Positions 1 through 13,110 of a DNA stretch of 56,282 bases are shown in pieces. Source of the DNA: Rotaria socialis. Its lineage: Eukaryota. The position numbers were made by a program, and so were the translations under genes. Position 1 is the first letter of the stretch. Each line of letters opens with the position of its first letter. The notes below the pieces were generated by a model. That model made no database searches. It saw only the letters and a list, made by a program, of their open reading frames with translations, and was not told where the DNA came from. The stretch covers positions 155,046-211,327 of the forward strand of contig CAJNYD010000003.1 of NCBI GenBank assembly GCA_905331295.1, given 5' to 3'.

Positions 1-96
1 GTTGTGATTAATGTGTCGGTCCGGGCGGGCCCGTCTAGCTGGCGGGTCGCAACGGGTCGGGTCGGCCCATGAAAAATTGGACCGTTGCGACCCCTG
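1..96. mobile_element. Probable right end of a GC-rich non-autonomous DNA transposon (hAT-like)
   Basis: GC-rich block ending ccgttgcgacccctg (reverse complement CAGGGGTCGCAACGG). It has an internal inverted copy gggtcgcaacgg at 44-55. The other end lies outside the window. Confidence 0.45.
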
Positions 97-259
97 CTAG
101 CAACGAGGTTCGGCTACCGTTAGAAACAAGTGAATAGATAATAATCTAATTACAGATCTTATAAATAAATTAGAATTTCATTTAATTAATTTTGCACTAG
201 CTTAGTGAGTTTCAAAGTTTATTTAGCCTTAATATATGAAAGATTTTTTTATGAGGTCC

Positions 260-545
260 TTGTCATCGGAATCTGATGGAATCCGGTCAAATATATGCTG
301 AAGCCCTTGGGAACCGGGATCATCCGGTAGTCCGGGTCGACCGGTTGCGATAATGTTCGGTTGTATTATTCGACAGGAAACGACCGGACCATTTTCCTTT
401 GAACTCCGGTCCGGATTCCGGGAGCAGCAATTCCGGCGAAATCCCTGTCGGATCCTGGCAGATTTTAATGGGAAACATGCCGGCTTCTGGAGTGATCCGG
501 TGCTGGTTCCGATGGGCTCCGGCAGGATCCGGAGGCAGGATCGAG
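260..545. repeat. GC-rich MITE-like repeat with many gatccgg/ccgga subrepeats
   Basis: Abrupt GC rise and recurrent (g)atccgg/ccggaa motifs. No clear TIR or TSD identified. Confidence 0.4.
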
Positions 546-3500
546 TGTCTTGGATATGAGAAAGAGAAAGTTGTCGTCGATTTCAATTAGAAGAATATCA
601 TATTATTGTGATGACAAATAAAAATTATATATGGTGATGTACTGGTTAAAGTTGGATGTAAATAGTTTACAACAATTTTAATACTTGCTCTAATATCTTT
701 CGGTTGAAAAAAAACAAATTTGAATAAAATATTCTTGTAGATAAAATCACAAATAACGTCTCGTTTAGGAATGTTTCAGATTGAAGCGCTACGTCATAAA
801 GACGTGTTTTTTGTCATTAAGTAATTAATCATTAGAATACGCTAAGTACAGCGAAATTACGAAATAAATGCTGATATACTAATGAGTATCCGTCTGCTTT
901 CAATCTTCACATACATATATGCACTGATGCACTTAAATCGAGGCTTTTTTCTTGTATTGCTATTTGTTTTTGATATTCATAATAATTAATTAGCATATCT
1001 GAAGAAAATCTCCCATTTTCCATCTAAATTAATAAATTGTTATAGTTATTTGTTTTCTGAATATCAAATTTATCTATTAAATTCGAAAATGATATTTGTT
1101 TCTGTTTAAATAAGATATTCTTCTTAATGTGTAAAATATTTTTAATAGCTCTATTTAAATATCAATTTGATAATATATAGTAATGAGAAAAAGTAACACT
1201 ATCAAAAACGATTATCATATGAATAATATCATTAAAAATTCTGTAGTTGAACTAAAAGTCAATCAATCAATTAAACTCAAAATTATCAAAGTATATATGA
1301 ATATGATTATTTCAATAAATTCTTTAGATGTATGTCATTTGTGTACATTCAATATCCACGACTATTTCATTACCAATCTTGAGAAATTTTCTTTTTTTTT
1401 AGCTGACAATTTCTCGTTTAAATGAAACTTAAGAAAAGAGTAGACCATGCTATGTTGAAACACGGACTGTTTTCAAATAAAATATTGAGAGGAACGCTCA
1501 TCATTATATATTATCTTATTAGTTTGAGAAGAATTCGCCAAATTGTTACAATTCAAGCACATGAATATCGTATCTAAACTTTTTAACTAAGGGCATATTT
1601 AGTTTTTGTTAAAATTCTTTCAACATAAATATTTTATCATTTATAATCAGTTTTCATGTTCAATTTTGAAAAGATTTTATGTTTAGTGTAAATTTCTGTA
1701 AATTATTTCTCATTTTAATGAATCATTAATGATTAATGAATATTATTGACAACTATAATAGTTTCAATCAAATTACAGTTCTAATGTTAATTCTTCATTT
1801 AAATTAATAAAATAGAAGTGAAAAGAAATTATCTTTTCTAACTATTCAATATATTTATTCCCATATTTCTCATTCATTGAATTACGTACATTTATTTAAT
1901 ATAAACGATTTATTTTCTCGGCTATAACGAGAGTCACAGGTAATAGAATGATTTCGTCTTTGTATTAGTGAGCGCATGTACATTTATGTGTCCATATTTA
2001 TTAAAGGTGATTTGTAAAGTTGCATTGGAAGTAATCAGAATTGAGGAACCCGAATTAGTTATACTTTGCCAAAGCTATATCTTCGATTTTTGTTATGAGA
2101 GACACTTGTTGCAATTTGAGAAGAATTCTTTGTTGTTAAAGTACACTTCGTTCGATTAATGATGTAGCTAAATGATAGTAAAATTCCGGCGTACATCAAC
2201 GAACGACTCATTTCTGATATCAACAATTTACTTGCATTTTACTTGACAAGCAATCTGCATTAGAGTATAAGCTTTTTCTTTGAGATGATACTCGAAAAAA
2301 CTCAATGGAAAATTTCAATATAATGTTGGAATAATGCTAGAACGTCAATGGAGCTCTTTAAGCTATAAATAGATTACAAAAATCGTTGGTTTAGAATTAC
2401 TGAAAAAACATATCTTAAGGATTTTTGTTTTCATTGATCGAAAGGAAACTGAAGTGACATAAAATCATGATTGATATTCATATATAAGATATCGGCTCAC
2501 ATGTAAATATCCATCATTCTATCCATATTTTCTAATATAGAAAACTGTCGCATTGTTTAGGACTACAAAGCAATATAGAGTATACTGCAAGAACTGAACA
2601 TTCAATCTAGCGAACGATTCATTGTTTTCGAAACATATAAATATAAGTTTTTATATGATTTTAGCTGATTTTTTAATATTACCCGTTAGCTTTTTTCTAT
2701 TAATTTCTTGTTTAATTTAAAATATAAATTATCAAATATCAGAATGAAAATCTCAAAAAATTATTTAAAAATAAAACTGCAAACTTCTCACTGACATCAT
2801 TTTTTATTTAATTTTGTAATTGTTAAAATATCTTTTGAACAAATTTATTTATTCTTTTAATTTAATTTTCATTACGCGTTCAAATTATCACTATCGAAAT
2901 TCTATCAAGATGATAACATTTTTAAGAAATATATTAAGGACTTTTTATTTTTAAATAAAAAATAAAACCCATCTATCATATTTCAGTAGAAATTTTAAGA
3001 ATTTATTTAAAAAAATAAACTTCTATAGGAAACAACAGAAATAAAATTATGTTATTCAGAAAAAAAAACAAAGAAATATGAATAGGAAATTTTAAAGATA
3101 AAAAATTTATTTAAATAGTTTTCAATAGAAAGTTTCTTTGTTTCGTTTAACAAAATTTATTAATTTTACTTTGAATTTTTTACTTGAAATTATCATTAGA
3201 ATTTATACAATGATTGGTATGCATATAAAAATAAATATGTTCAAGTCAATATTCCCTATAAAAATAATGATGAACAAATTTACTTGAGTATAAAAATCGA
3301 TCAATATAATTTAATACTTACATTAAGAAATCAATATAATTCATTGACTTATTCAAAATAACTTTGAATTAAATTAAATTAAAAGAAAAGAAATTGTTTT
3401 TATCTTCTTGTTTCTAAAAAAAACCTTTCATTCGCTCATGAAAATCGATGAGAAACAAATCGTCGATAAATTTATAAAAGAAATTATTCATATAGAAATT

Positions 3501-3660
3501 GTAGGAATCGTCGATATTGTTCAAAATAATGTCATTGAGTAGATAACATGCATTATATATTTCTAAAGATTATTACATAAGAAAACGTCACATCGTATCT
3601 AAATAGAAAAGCAAACCGAAAAGAAAAATAAGAGAAAAAACTAAAAACAATACAAAATGA

Positions 3661-4611
3661 TTAATATTGTTTTTTAAATGTACGCCATGTTTGACTTGGC
3701 GTATATTGCACACCTTTTCCAAATAATTGTACAACTTGCATTCCATTATTAAGATACTTCTTTTGCCAATTTTCATCCGTATTTATCATAAATCCTTCAC
3801 ATTGATTATCTGAATTACAATGTGATACAGCATCAACTATTGATAATATACAATTCATATCTTTATTATTATCGAATCTATTTCGGTGATTTGAACATAA
3901 ATAAGATGAACTTTTTTCAACAACATTTGATTTACTAACAAATTCATAATTAAAATTTTCTGAATTATAGCATTTATCTTCATTTCTATTAATAAATAAA
4001 TAAAAGTAGTATTAATAGAATTTATTGATTTAATCATACTAACGTATTTTCACATGTTGATTTCCCATAAAGAACAGGAGAACGACGAGTTTGATTTTGT
4101 TTTTCATAACTACTCCATTCTGTTAATAAACATGGTATAGATTTCTCACCGTGTTTAGATAAATGAACAGCAACTTGTCCATTTTTATCATACTTCTTAT
4201 GAAACCATTCAGCTGTTGTCATTGTATATCCACCACAATTTGAATCAGAATTACAATGAGCAAGAGCATCGGAAAACAACATAATACACCATTCTGAGCC
4301 ACCCATATTTGATTTATGATCAGTACATTTATATGTCGAACAATTATAACATTCTCCATCACGAAGACGAAGATAATTAAAATATTTCCCATTTCTTTAA
4401 AGAAACATAAATAAATAAATAAATAAATAAAATTTCTTCTTCATTATTACTTGTCATTTGAATGTTTGATAGGTTCATCTTTATTATCTATCATCGTTGA
4501 AATTTTTATTTTGTCATCAGTTAATTCTTCAGCAATACTTGTCATTATCGAACAACACATTATTATTATCACAACAAATAATAAAACTAATATATTCGAC
4601 TTCGAAATCAT
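3661..4611 (-). CDS. Secreted cysteine-rich protein with two tandem PAN/Apple-like modules (3 exons)
   Basis: Signal peptide MISKSNILVLLFVVIIIMCCS. Phase-compatible GT-AG introns at ~4450-4395 and ~4044-3986. Duplicated module: DALAHCNSDSNCGGY / DAVSHCNSDNQCEGF. Confidence 0.8.
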
Positions 4612-5991
4612 TTTTATTTTTTCTAACCAAATGAATATTCAGAAAAAAAAACAAGACAACTAACCGCTAAAATATTTTGTCAATGATCAATAAGGAAATA
4701 ATAAAATATCTACTGAATGACAGTTATGATGAGACTCACAACTATTTATAGAGATGAAAAGAAAAGAAAAGAAAAGAAATCAGAGAGAGAAAAGAGAAGA
4801 TATGAGATAGATAAAAGAAAAGAGCTTAGTTAATCGTTCTGCGAAACATAGAATATATGAGAGAAATAACGAGACAACCAATATACGCATATATCTATCT
4901 TCTCATCGTTTATTCTTACTTGACCCCGAACTGTTTTAACCAATAAGATTTACTCTCAGCTATGCTGCTTCGATATTTATCAGGAGAAATAATCACTGAT
5001 GTCTTAGGAAAATTCTCCAAGAAAAAGATATCTACTACTTTTTTTTCTTTTCTTTTTCCACATATGTAGAATAGGAAAGAAAAATAACCAAGAGAAAATA
5101 TCCTTCAGAATATGTTCTGTTAGCACATATCGTCTCCTTTATGGTTAAAAACACTTGAAAATATAGATAAAGACATACGTACAAGATATATTCCAAACTT
5201 ATATCTGTTCCATATAGCATTATTTCATGAGTTTCTATGCAAATATAATCATAAAAGATAATCGATCGAATTAATTATTAATAGAAGGGATTTATTTAAC
5301 AAAATCAAATAGAAAAAAAAACACTCAACTCCTATGAAAGTATTTCACATTCGAGATAGAAAAACAAATGCTCTGCTCTGTTCTGAACTCGATTAATTTC
5401 TTGATTAAATAAATTTTGTATTCTATATTCTGCTATTGACGGAATATTTTCGTTGACAAATCTTGCTAAATACTTTTTGTTTTTCTATTAGTGATATAAG
5501 AAAGGTGTCGTTTTCTTCTTCTGTGAAATTGCATTTTTATGTTTCTTTCATTTGATGGAACAGTTGAGATTCGGAATCATTGAACGAATTCTTGTCTTGT
5601 GATACAAATAGAATATATTATCATTCAAGATTCTTTTTATAAAACAGATTAAAAATCTAAATAGTGAAATAGATAAAATAGTAATAGAAATATAATTGAG
5701 AAAAAAACGAAGAATATATTATATTATAGAATTGTTTTGGGCTTTATGTGATTTTTAATTTTCTATGTAAGTACGAATAAATGATAATAATGAATCATTG
5801 ACAACAATTTTTTTTTCTTTAAATAAATTTCAATAATAAAATTTCTTAAACAAATAAAGTAATTGAGAATTATTTTTAAAATTCGATTATAGAATAGAAA
5901 TTGATTTCCACATAATCTATAGTACTCATTGAAATTGGAAATCTACAAAAATTCTTAGCTATAGTTCATAAAAAATCCGCTCGTTGTATAT

Positions 5992-6082
5992 CCGAACTTA
6001 GCTCAGTTGGCAGAGCGGTAGGCTGTAATGGATGAATATCATAGAAACCTATAGGTCCCCAGTTCAAATCTGGGAGTTCGGA
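5992..6082 (+). tRNA. tRNA-Tyr(GTA) with 18-nt intron (6029-6046)
   Basis: Acceptor stem CCGAACT/AGTTCGG, D arm GCTC/GAGC, anticodon GTA at 6025-6027, T loop TTCAAAT, downstream oligo-T terminator. Confidence 0.95.
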
Positions 6083-6531
6083 TTCGTTTTTTTCTTATTC
6101 TTCCGTGAGAACGAATATTTCTTTTTTCTACATAAAATAATATAAAATCTGAAGTCTTTATTAATGCGATAAATTAAAATAAATTTGTTTGACTAGAAAT
6201 AGAACATGTCAACTTTATAAAATGCTAGAAATGAAAGTAAACATTTATCTATATTCCAATCTATTATTCAACCGATCAAGCAACTTTAAAATATGATACT
6301 CAAAAGAATACACGTGAAAATGAAGATTTTTCTATATGATTATTTAAATTTTCAACTTCAAAAATAATTACAACTGGATAAAATTTTTATTGAAAAATTA
6401 AGTTTTAGTAAACAGCTAATTCAAAATGAAAAACTTATCTAGATTAAAAGTAATATTATTTTATTTAAAAGAGATGTTCATATTTAAGAAAAAAAGAAGG
6501 CTTAGTTTATCATAATAATAATAAAACGAAT

Positions 6532-7627
6532 TTATTTTTGTTGAAGAATATCTTTACATTCTTGAACATCTCTGTCATCACAAAGAGCAGCAGCATCTTT
6601 TCCTTCCTTATTTTTAATAGTTACATCGGCATTAGCTGCAACAAGTGATTTAACAATTCGAGGTTTATTGAAAAAACAAGCAACCATTAATGGAGTATTT
6701 CCTCGTTGATCTTGAATATTAATATCTAAACCAGCTTTTATTAATAAATCAACACATTCTGGGCTATCAATCATTCCTTCAAAGAAACAAGAAATAATAA
6801 TAATAATAATCATTTATAATAAAACAAACCAGCAGCAGCAAAATGCAAAATAGTTCCACCAGCTTCATTTTTAACATCAGTTTTGGTTTGTGGATAATCA
6901 AGTAATTTTTTCAAAATTTTATCTCGATTTTGTCTTGCAGCAATACTCAATGGTCTTTCACCCATAAAAACAACATTTGGATCAACATTAGCTTCAATTA
7001 ATACATCTACACATTCTGAACGATCATTAATAACTGCTCTATATAGAAATAATAATTGAAAAGACAATCATACTATCGATATTTGATATCAAACTTGTGA
7101 ATAGGTGTTAATTGATGTTTATCAGGATGATTGACATTGGCACCATTTTTAATCATTAATCGTATAAGTTGTGCACGTTCTGTTTCTGTTATTGTTTGTC
7201 CTTTATATGGACCATCAACAAGAACATGAATTGCTGTTAAATTATGTTCCCTTTCAGTTTCATTAGGATCAGCGCCATTCTAAAGAAATTCTTACATAAA
7301 ACTTATTACTGCTATTATTATTATATTTACATCAAGTAAAAATTTAATTGTTTGATAATCTCCTTCAAAACATGCGATTATTAAGATTGTAACTTTTGCT
7401 CGGGTTTCACCAGTTTTGTCATCATAAATATCAATTAAACCACTGGCTGAACCTTTATCAATTGCTTGTTTTAATTTAGCTAATTTTTCTTGACTATTTG
7501 TATTTGATCTATCAATTGTCCAAAGTGCTTTTAAACGATCATCAAATTTATCATAAAATGGATGATTTTGACGACTAATATTGATAAAATAAATAAATAT
7601 TTACATTAAATAATAAACAAACCTCAT
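6532..7627 (-). CDS. Ankyrin-repeat protein (multi-exon)
   Basis: Spliced frame MSRQNHPFYDK...ILIIACFEGD...NGADPN...LTPIHKAV...RPLSIAA...GNTPLMVAC. Introns are canonical and phase-compatible. Confidence 0.88.
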
Positions 7628-8179
7628 CGTATTGGCTAGTTATTGTCTCTTTAAATAAATTGGGATCAATAGAAAAATATGTGAAACTTATTCTCGATAA
7701 ACATTTATTTATATAATAAGATAACTAATCAAAGAAAAACAAAATCATTGTTGCATGACAAAGATTTTATATTCGATAGACAAACCCGGTAAACCAAATA
7801 TATTTATTCAATGAAGATCCAATGATTGCTTAGTATTTTTTCTCTCTATTTTTCATATTACTCATTTACTCGAATATAGTCATAATTATTCATTTATTTT
7901 TATTTCACCTTGAAAAATAGGCATATTTTTTATATTGACTGAGAAAATAACTATCAATATGATATTTATAGGAAAAGAAATAAATACAAATCTATTCTAT
8001 GAGAGGCAAAACATAATTATATCAAATGACGATTTAATTTTTCGTCTTTTCATATTTATTAATGATTTGCAACGAGAAAATTTTTTTTTTATCATATTGA
8101 TCTACTCACATTAATAACAAATAAGCGTTGAACTCAATAGAATAGAAATTTGCACTTCTATACATCCGGATAACTCTTG

Positions 8180-8521
8180 CAGGTATATTATCAAAAATCG
8201 ATTATGAAGAAGTAAGATAAATTATTATTTATTTCTATAGAATAAAGGAGAAAACAAAAGGGTGTGGGCGAATATTAGCCTTTCCCTTCCCCACACCCAC
8301 ACCCTCAAGCTCAAGATATTCTTGAATATCCTGCATCATCAAATTCATTGATTTCTGATGCACGTTCAGGTGATATTTTTCAATTTCCTCTATCAAAGAA
8401 AATAAAATAAAATGATAAACTCGATTATCGTCAATCATCAACAGCTCGAATAATTAACAGTAGCTTTCAAGATGATAATACGAATCGTCCTCAATCAGCA
8501 ATAAATCTTCCTATTTCAAGT
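8180..8521 (+). pseudogene. Disrupted upstream exons that could splice into the 8757 exon
   Basis: Donor gtaagat ~8212, acceptor tag 8240, donor gtaagt 8522. The frame is broken by a 44-nt telomeric palindrome (8261-8304) and a TAA at 8408. Confidence 0.45.
8260..8304. repeat. Telomeric-repeat palindrome, copy A
   Basis: GGGTGTGGG-cgaatattagcctttcccttc-CCCACACCCACACCC. Confidence 0.8.
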
Positions 8522-8681
8522 GTAAGTTGAGCGAATAAAAGAAAATAAGCATAGCTGACTAGTCTTGATATCTCTCGCGCTCTCTCTCTGTATTCATTAT
8601 TCTCTTTAAACAACTTCCTTTTTCTTTCCTCCACGTTTGATTACAAATCCCAGAATAATTCAAGAAATTTTTGTTGAGAAA

Positions 8682-8876
8682 ATGGCCGAGAAGGAAGAGG
8701 TGCATACTTCCTTTATTTTTTTTCTTTACTAATAATAATATCTTCTTTTTTTTCAGAGTTTAAATGATAAGATTTCGATACAACTAAACGAACCTGCCAT
8801 GAAATGGTACGGAAAGCTGATCGACAACGAATATTTAAGCGAAATGGCGAAAATTGTTGGCGGTGGAAAACATTAA
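8682..8876 (+). CDS. Putative 45-aa microprotein (2 exons)
   Basis: aaaATGG start context and phase-0 intron 8700-8756 (gt...tttcag). Protein MAEKEESLNDKISIQLNEPAMKWYGKLIDNEYLSEMAKIVGGGKH*. Confidence 0.5.
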
Positions 8877-9257
8877 CTATTTCCTGATTCTTTTCTCTTC
8901 ATCAAGTCTTATCTTTTTCTTTCTTTTTGTGAATCATCATTATTGATTTTTTGTGATCACTTGATATGAAAATAAACTCAACATTTCCAAAAAACAGTTA
9001 TAAATTTTATATCAGATATGACTTGATTTCGAGCGAAGCTTATTACAAATCTTCAATGTCTCTAAGATGAATATGATATAAAATAGGATTGACATGGTGA
9101 TGTGCGCCTTTTCCATTATCTCGTTTTTTTTTCTTGATTTTCAATGGATGAATTCTATTCGTTAGTTCTTTCTGAATAAACCCTTTTTATAAAAATGTTC
9201 ATTCTTAGAATCTGATGAAATTTGATCAACTGCTGCTGGACCATTTCGACCATCAAT

Positions 9258-9360
9258 AGAAAAAAATTGCCAAGTTATTAATGTTCAACACAATTCGAAA
9301 TTGTCGATAAACTTGAACGAAATGCTGTTGGAAAAGTGAATAAAAAAGTATTGAATTCTA
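9258..9360 (+). pseudogene. C-terminal fragment of an ACSF3-like acyl-CoA synthetase
   Basis: Translates RKKLPSY*CSTQFEIVDKLERNAVGKVNKK, matching the terminal P-R-N-x-x-G-K (A10) motif of ANL adenylating enzymes. Confidence 0.65.
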
Positions 9361-10152
9361 AAGTTTTACGTATATCTTATATATAAGAATAGTTGGTTTA
9401 TTCTTATTCAAAGAAAACCTATCTTTTTCTTGTACACTGTCTCGAGATTGAAGATAAATAATTCAAAGTACACTGGATGTAATCTGATGAAATCATTTTG
9501 ATTGGGACCTTCTTTTTATAGATGGCTTATGCTAGTATTGTTCTTTTTTCATTCAAAATCTTCTTTTCGATTATCGTCTACATCACGTCCTATTTATTAC
9601 GAATCCGTTTTACAATATGCAAATAATATAGCATTACTTGATCATTCATCTTTGTATACATATAGTCAACTTTATTTACGTTAACGTCAACTTTCTCGTT
9701 GTCTTATTCCATTTAGCCAACAACAAAAATCAACTGACAATATTTCAAATAAACGTCATGCTCAAATTGGTATTTTATGTCCAAATGATGTTTCATTTAA
9801 TGTTGCTATGTAGGCTTCAAGAGTGGTTGGTGCAATTGTGGTACCATTATCATCACATCATCCACCTGCATCACTTGCTTATTTTCTTATTGATGCATAA
9901 TGTCGAGGAGCTATTGTAAGTGATGATCGTAGTAATGAATTAATTAAATCAACATAAACAAGCCCACAAGTACAATACTTCCAGATGAAAATATTAGTGA
10001 TGATCTTTTATTATTAAGGACAACTATTGATTGAACTGAACGCTCAAATGCTTTAATTATACGTACTACATATTTTACCTGTTCATCATGTTCATGGTCT
10101 TGTAAATGGACTTTTAACACCACTTTTATCGGTGCTACAGTTATCATGCGTC

Positions 10153-10901
10153 CATATGCGACGGAACGATTTTCCTCTAGGGTAGGCTCAATTTTCTAGC
10201 TAAATGAGATAGAGAAGCGGCAGGACTGCCATGATCATTCCAACTTTGAGAGGGGGCGGTGTAAAATATTTTTTCTTCAAGATGCTGTGCTCAAGGATGT
10301 CGCGAGAACCCAAAAATTGTCAGCGAGAGTGACCAGTGTTACCAGATCCACCTGATTTCGAAACCTTTTCAGGATTCCCCACATTTTTCTCGTTTTTTAT
10401 TGGTTTTTCTCAATGTTTTCGAAGGTTTTTGCAATTTTTCGGATTATTCAGAATTTTCAGATTTAAACTTCGGATTTTTGACTTTAGCATCTGGCATCAC
10501 TGAGGGTAATTGATAAAATCGTGCTTAAGGTAGTGTAAATTTCATTTTGTGAAATACAATGCAAGACAATTTTTTGAATATTGGGGGTGTTACATCTCAG
10601 TCACTCCTTCATCAACGCATTCTTGGGTAGCTGATCAAGAATCAACTTTCGCTACTTTTTTTTCAATGTTGATTTCTTGGTAGATTTAAATTTTATGAAG
10701 CCCAATGAATATCTTATCGAATTCCAGTTCGTATTGGTGATAAAGAAAATATGAGCTAACTTTGCAATAATACGTCATATGTTACTGGCATTGTAAGTCA
10801 TACGTGAAAACTAAATAATAATGAAAGACTTAGATATAATTGAGCCTACTCAAGCCTACCCTATTCCAGACTAGGGTAGGCTCAAGTTTCGTGAGCCTAT
10901 G
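10153..10901. mobile_element. Non-autonomous hAT element inserted in the ACSF3 pseudogene
   Basis: Perfect 8-bp TSD CATGCGTC (10145-10152 and 10902-10909). Imperfect TIRs CATATGCGACGGAAC / GTTTCGTGAGCCTATG and subterminal tagggtaggctca repeats. Confidence 0.88.
10334..10502. mobile_element. Nested 169-bp hAT-like MITE
   Basis: TIRs CAGTGTTACCAGAT / ATCTGGCATCACTG. Degraded 8-bp flanks agagtgac / agggtaat. Confidence 0.7.
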
Positions 10902-11722
10902 CATGCGTCCTCAATTTGATGCATCAAATGTTATAGACAATTATTGTGTAAATTCATTTTTTTAATTTTATTTAGACATGGGAACATTTATTTCAGCCAG
11001 GTTTTGAACGACATGTAACAGTTCTTGCAGCTGTACCAATAATATATTTAAAGCTTATACTTGACGATGAAAGAAAATTAGCACGACATCCTCAAACAAA
11101 AGAATTTGTTCGTGAACAATGTTCGCAAATGACTCGTTTAATGATGTGTGATTCAGCTTCATTACCTGAAAGTATTCGTCGACGATAGTATGAAATAACT
11201 GGTCATCATCTTCTTGAACGTTATGGAATAACTGAATGTGGTCTAGCATTTACAAATCCATCAAAAGGAGAAAGAATTCCAGGTTTCGATTTAAAAAGGA
11301 TTGTGTTTTAATGATAATTAATTCTAATTATATACTGTTGGTCAACCAATGCCTGGCATCATCTATGAGTTATGAAACACTAGTAGAAGCTGATAGTGAT
11401 AATACAAAAGTTGAAATACAAAGTAAATTTCTTTGAAAATAGACAAGAACTTATTAATTATCAATGATTATTAAGATATAGATGAACCTGTTGAAGGTGA
11501 ACTTCTAATTCAAAGTCCAACTTTATTTAAAGAATATTGGCGAAAACGTAATGAAACACATGCAACATTTACAATTGATGATAGATTTTTAAAAACAGAT
11601 GATATATGTCGTTATGATTCTGAAAAAAATATTTTCAATTCGTGACAGACAATCAATGGATATTATTAAACGTTCTGGTCATAGAATATCTGCATTAGAT
11701 ATTGAACGTATTTTATTAGAAC

Positions 11723-12780
11723 CAGAGCTCGGACAAGTACAAGTATAGTAAGTAAAAGTATTTCACTTTTACTCGAAAAAGAAAGTTTGTACTTTTACTT
11801 ATACTGCAAAGCAAGTACTGCTATATGTACTTGCCTATGCACAAGTATACTTGCTTTTGTACTTGTACCTGAAAAAAAAGTATTTGTACTTGCACTTGCC
11901 TCTAATAAATTCGTTAGAATACTTGTACTTAAATAAATACGCTTGTACTTATACTTGTACTTGCATTTATACTTCTACTTGGGTTTGTACTTATCCTTTG
12001 ACAGTTGTGTTGTTATGCCTTTTGCCGTGGAGCACCTATGCACGATTCTATTCTTTAGTTTTATAACAAAAAATTACTTTAACCTATACGCATCATCATA
12101 TGCATCATGTTATCTATCTAAGAAAGTAATGGATATAAGCATATTTATGCTTTTCTGTCTTTCAAATGTATTTGCAAGTCTTTCTAGGTGTTTGTAAAAA
12201 TCATCTTCACGTATTTCTCAAAGAGAATAAAATATATAGACAGGTAAAAATATGTGAAAATATTTGAGAATACATCGGCAACACATAGTAAATATATATA
12301 GAAATGCATAAAAATACAAATATAATGCTTTTTATTTCCCGTTCTGTCACCTCCAATAACCTTAAGGAAAATGTTGTAGCATCATCAGTTCCAAGTTTAA
12401 GAAAAAACAGTGGTATTAAAATCCTAACTTCCTTTTCTTTCATAGCGAGATTCGTCAAACACTGTTTGTTTCAATTGTTATGGTTTCTTCAAGCTCGTAC
12501 ATTATACTGATAAATTACAATGCAAATAAGAATTGTTGTAGTGTATTAGAAAACTCATCCATAAACATCAAGTACAATTTAGGTCGATTATCGCATCCAA
12601 AATTCATAAACACTGGCACATGATGTTGCAGTGAATTTTTAAAATGCTAACGACATGACTATTTTTTAATATTGATTCTTAAATTTTGGCAAAGAATTTT
12701 CAGTGAAAAATGTTTTTGAATACGTATGTGTATAATGATTATTTCTTTGAAAGTAGGATTTACATGATTTAATTCATCCT
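11723..12780. mobile_element. DNA transposon (hAT-like) truncating ACSF3 and running into the assembly gap
   Basis: Starts CAGAGCTCGG exactly where coding similarity ends, followed by dense aagtac/gtactt subterminal repeats. The same CAGAGCTC terminus occurs at 47628. Confidence 0.6.
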
Positions 12781-12880
12781 NNNNNNNNNNNNNNNNNNNN
12801 NNNNNNNNNNNNNNNNNNNNNNNNNNNNNNNNNNNNNNNNNNNNNNNNNNNNNNNNNNNNNNNNNNNNNNNNNNNNNNNN
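12781..12880. other. Assembly gap (100 N); further gaps at 48033-48269 and 55348-55450
   Basis: N runs. Confidence 1.
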
Positions 12881-13110
12881 ATAAAAAAACCGAATTTATA
12901 CCTAATTTACATCTCAACAAATTTCGAAAAATACGCCAGCAATAGTGAATTCTACATCTAAAATAAAACTAAAAAATGTGCATCCTTAAGCCAATATTGA
13001 GATTATACTAGATTCGTTCGTGCTTGTTGTGGATAAACGATATGTATCTTAAAACGCCATACTATGTTCTATAATAATAGAACTGCTGTTTTTAACACTA
13101 TATTACTTTG

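Larger units (their letters stand above)
9529..11722 (+). pseudogene. ACSF3: Malonyl-CoA synthetase (ACSF3-like) pseudogene
   Basis: Motifs ILCPNDVSF, VVPLSSHHPPASLAYF, HHVHGLVNGLLTPLFIGATV, TGHHLLERYGITECG, GELLIQSPTLFKEYW, DIIKRSGHRISALDIERILL. Several in-frame stops and two transposon insertions. Confidence 0.85.

Noticed and set aside
320..590. Three overlapping ORFs
   Set aside because: They arise from the GC-rich repeat and show no protein motifs.
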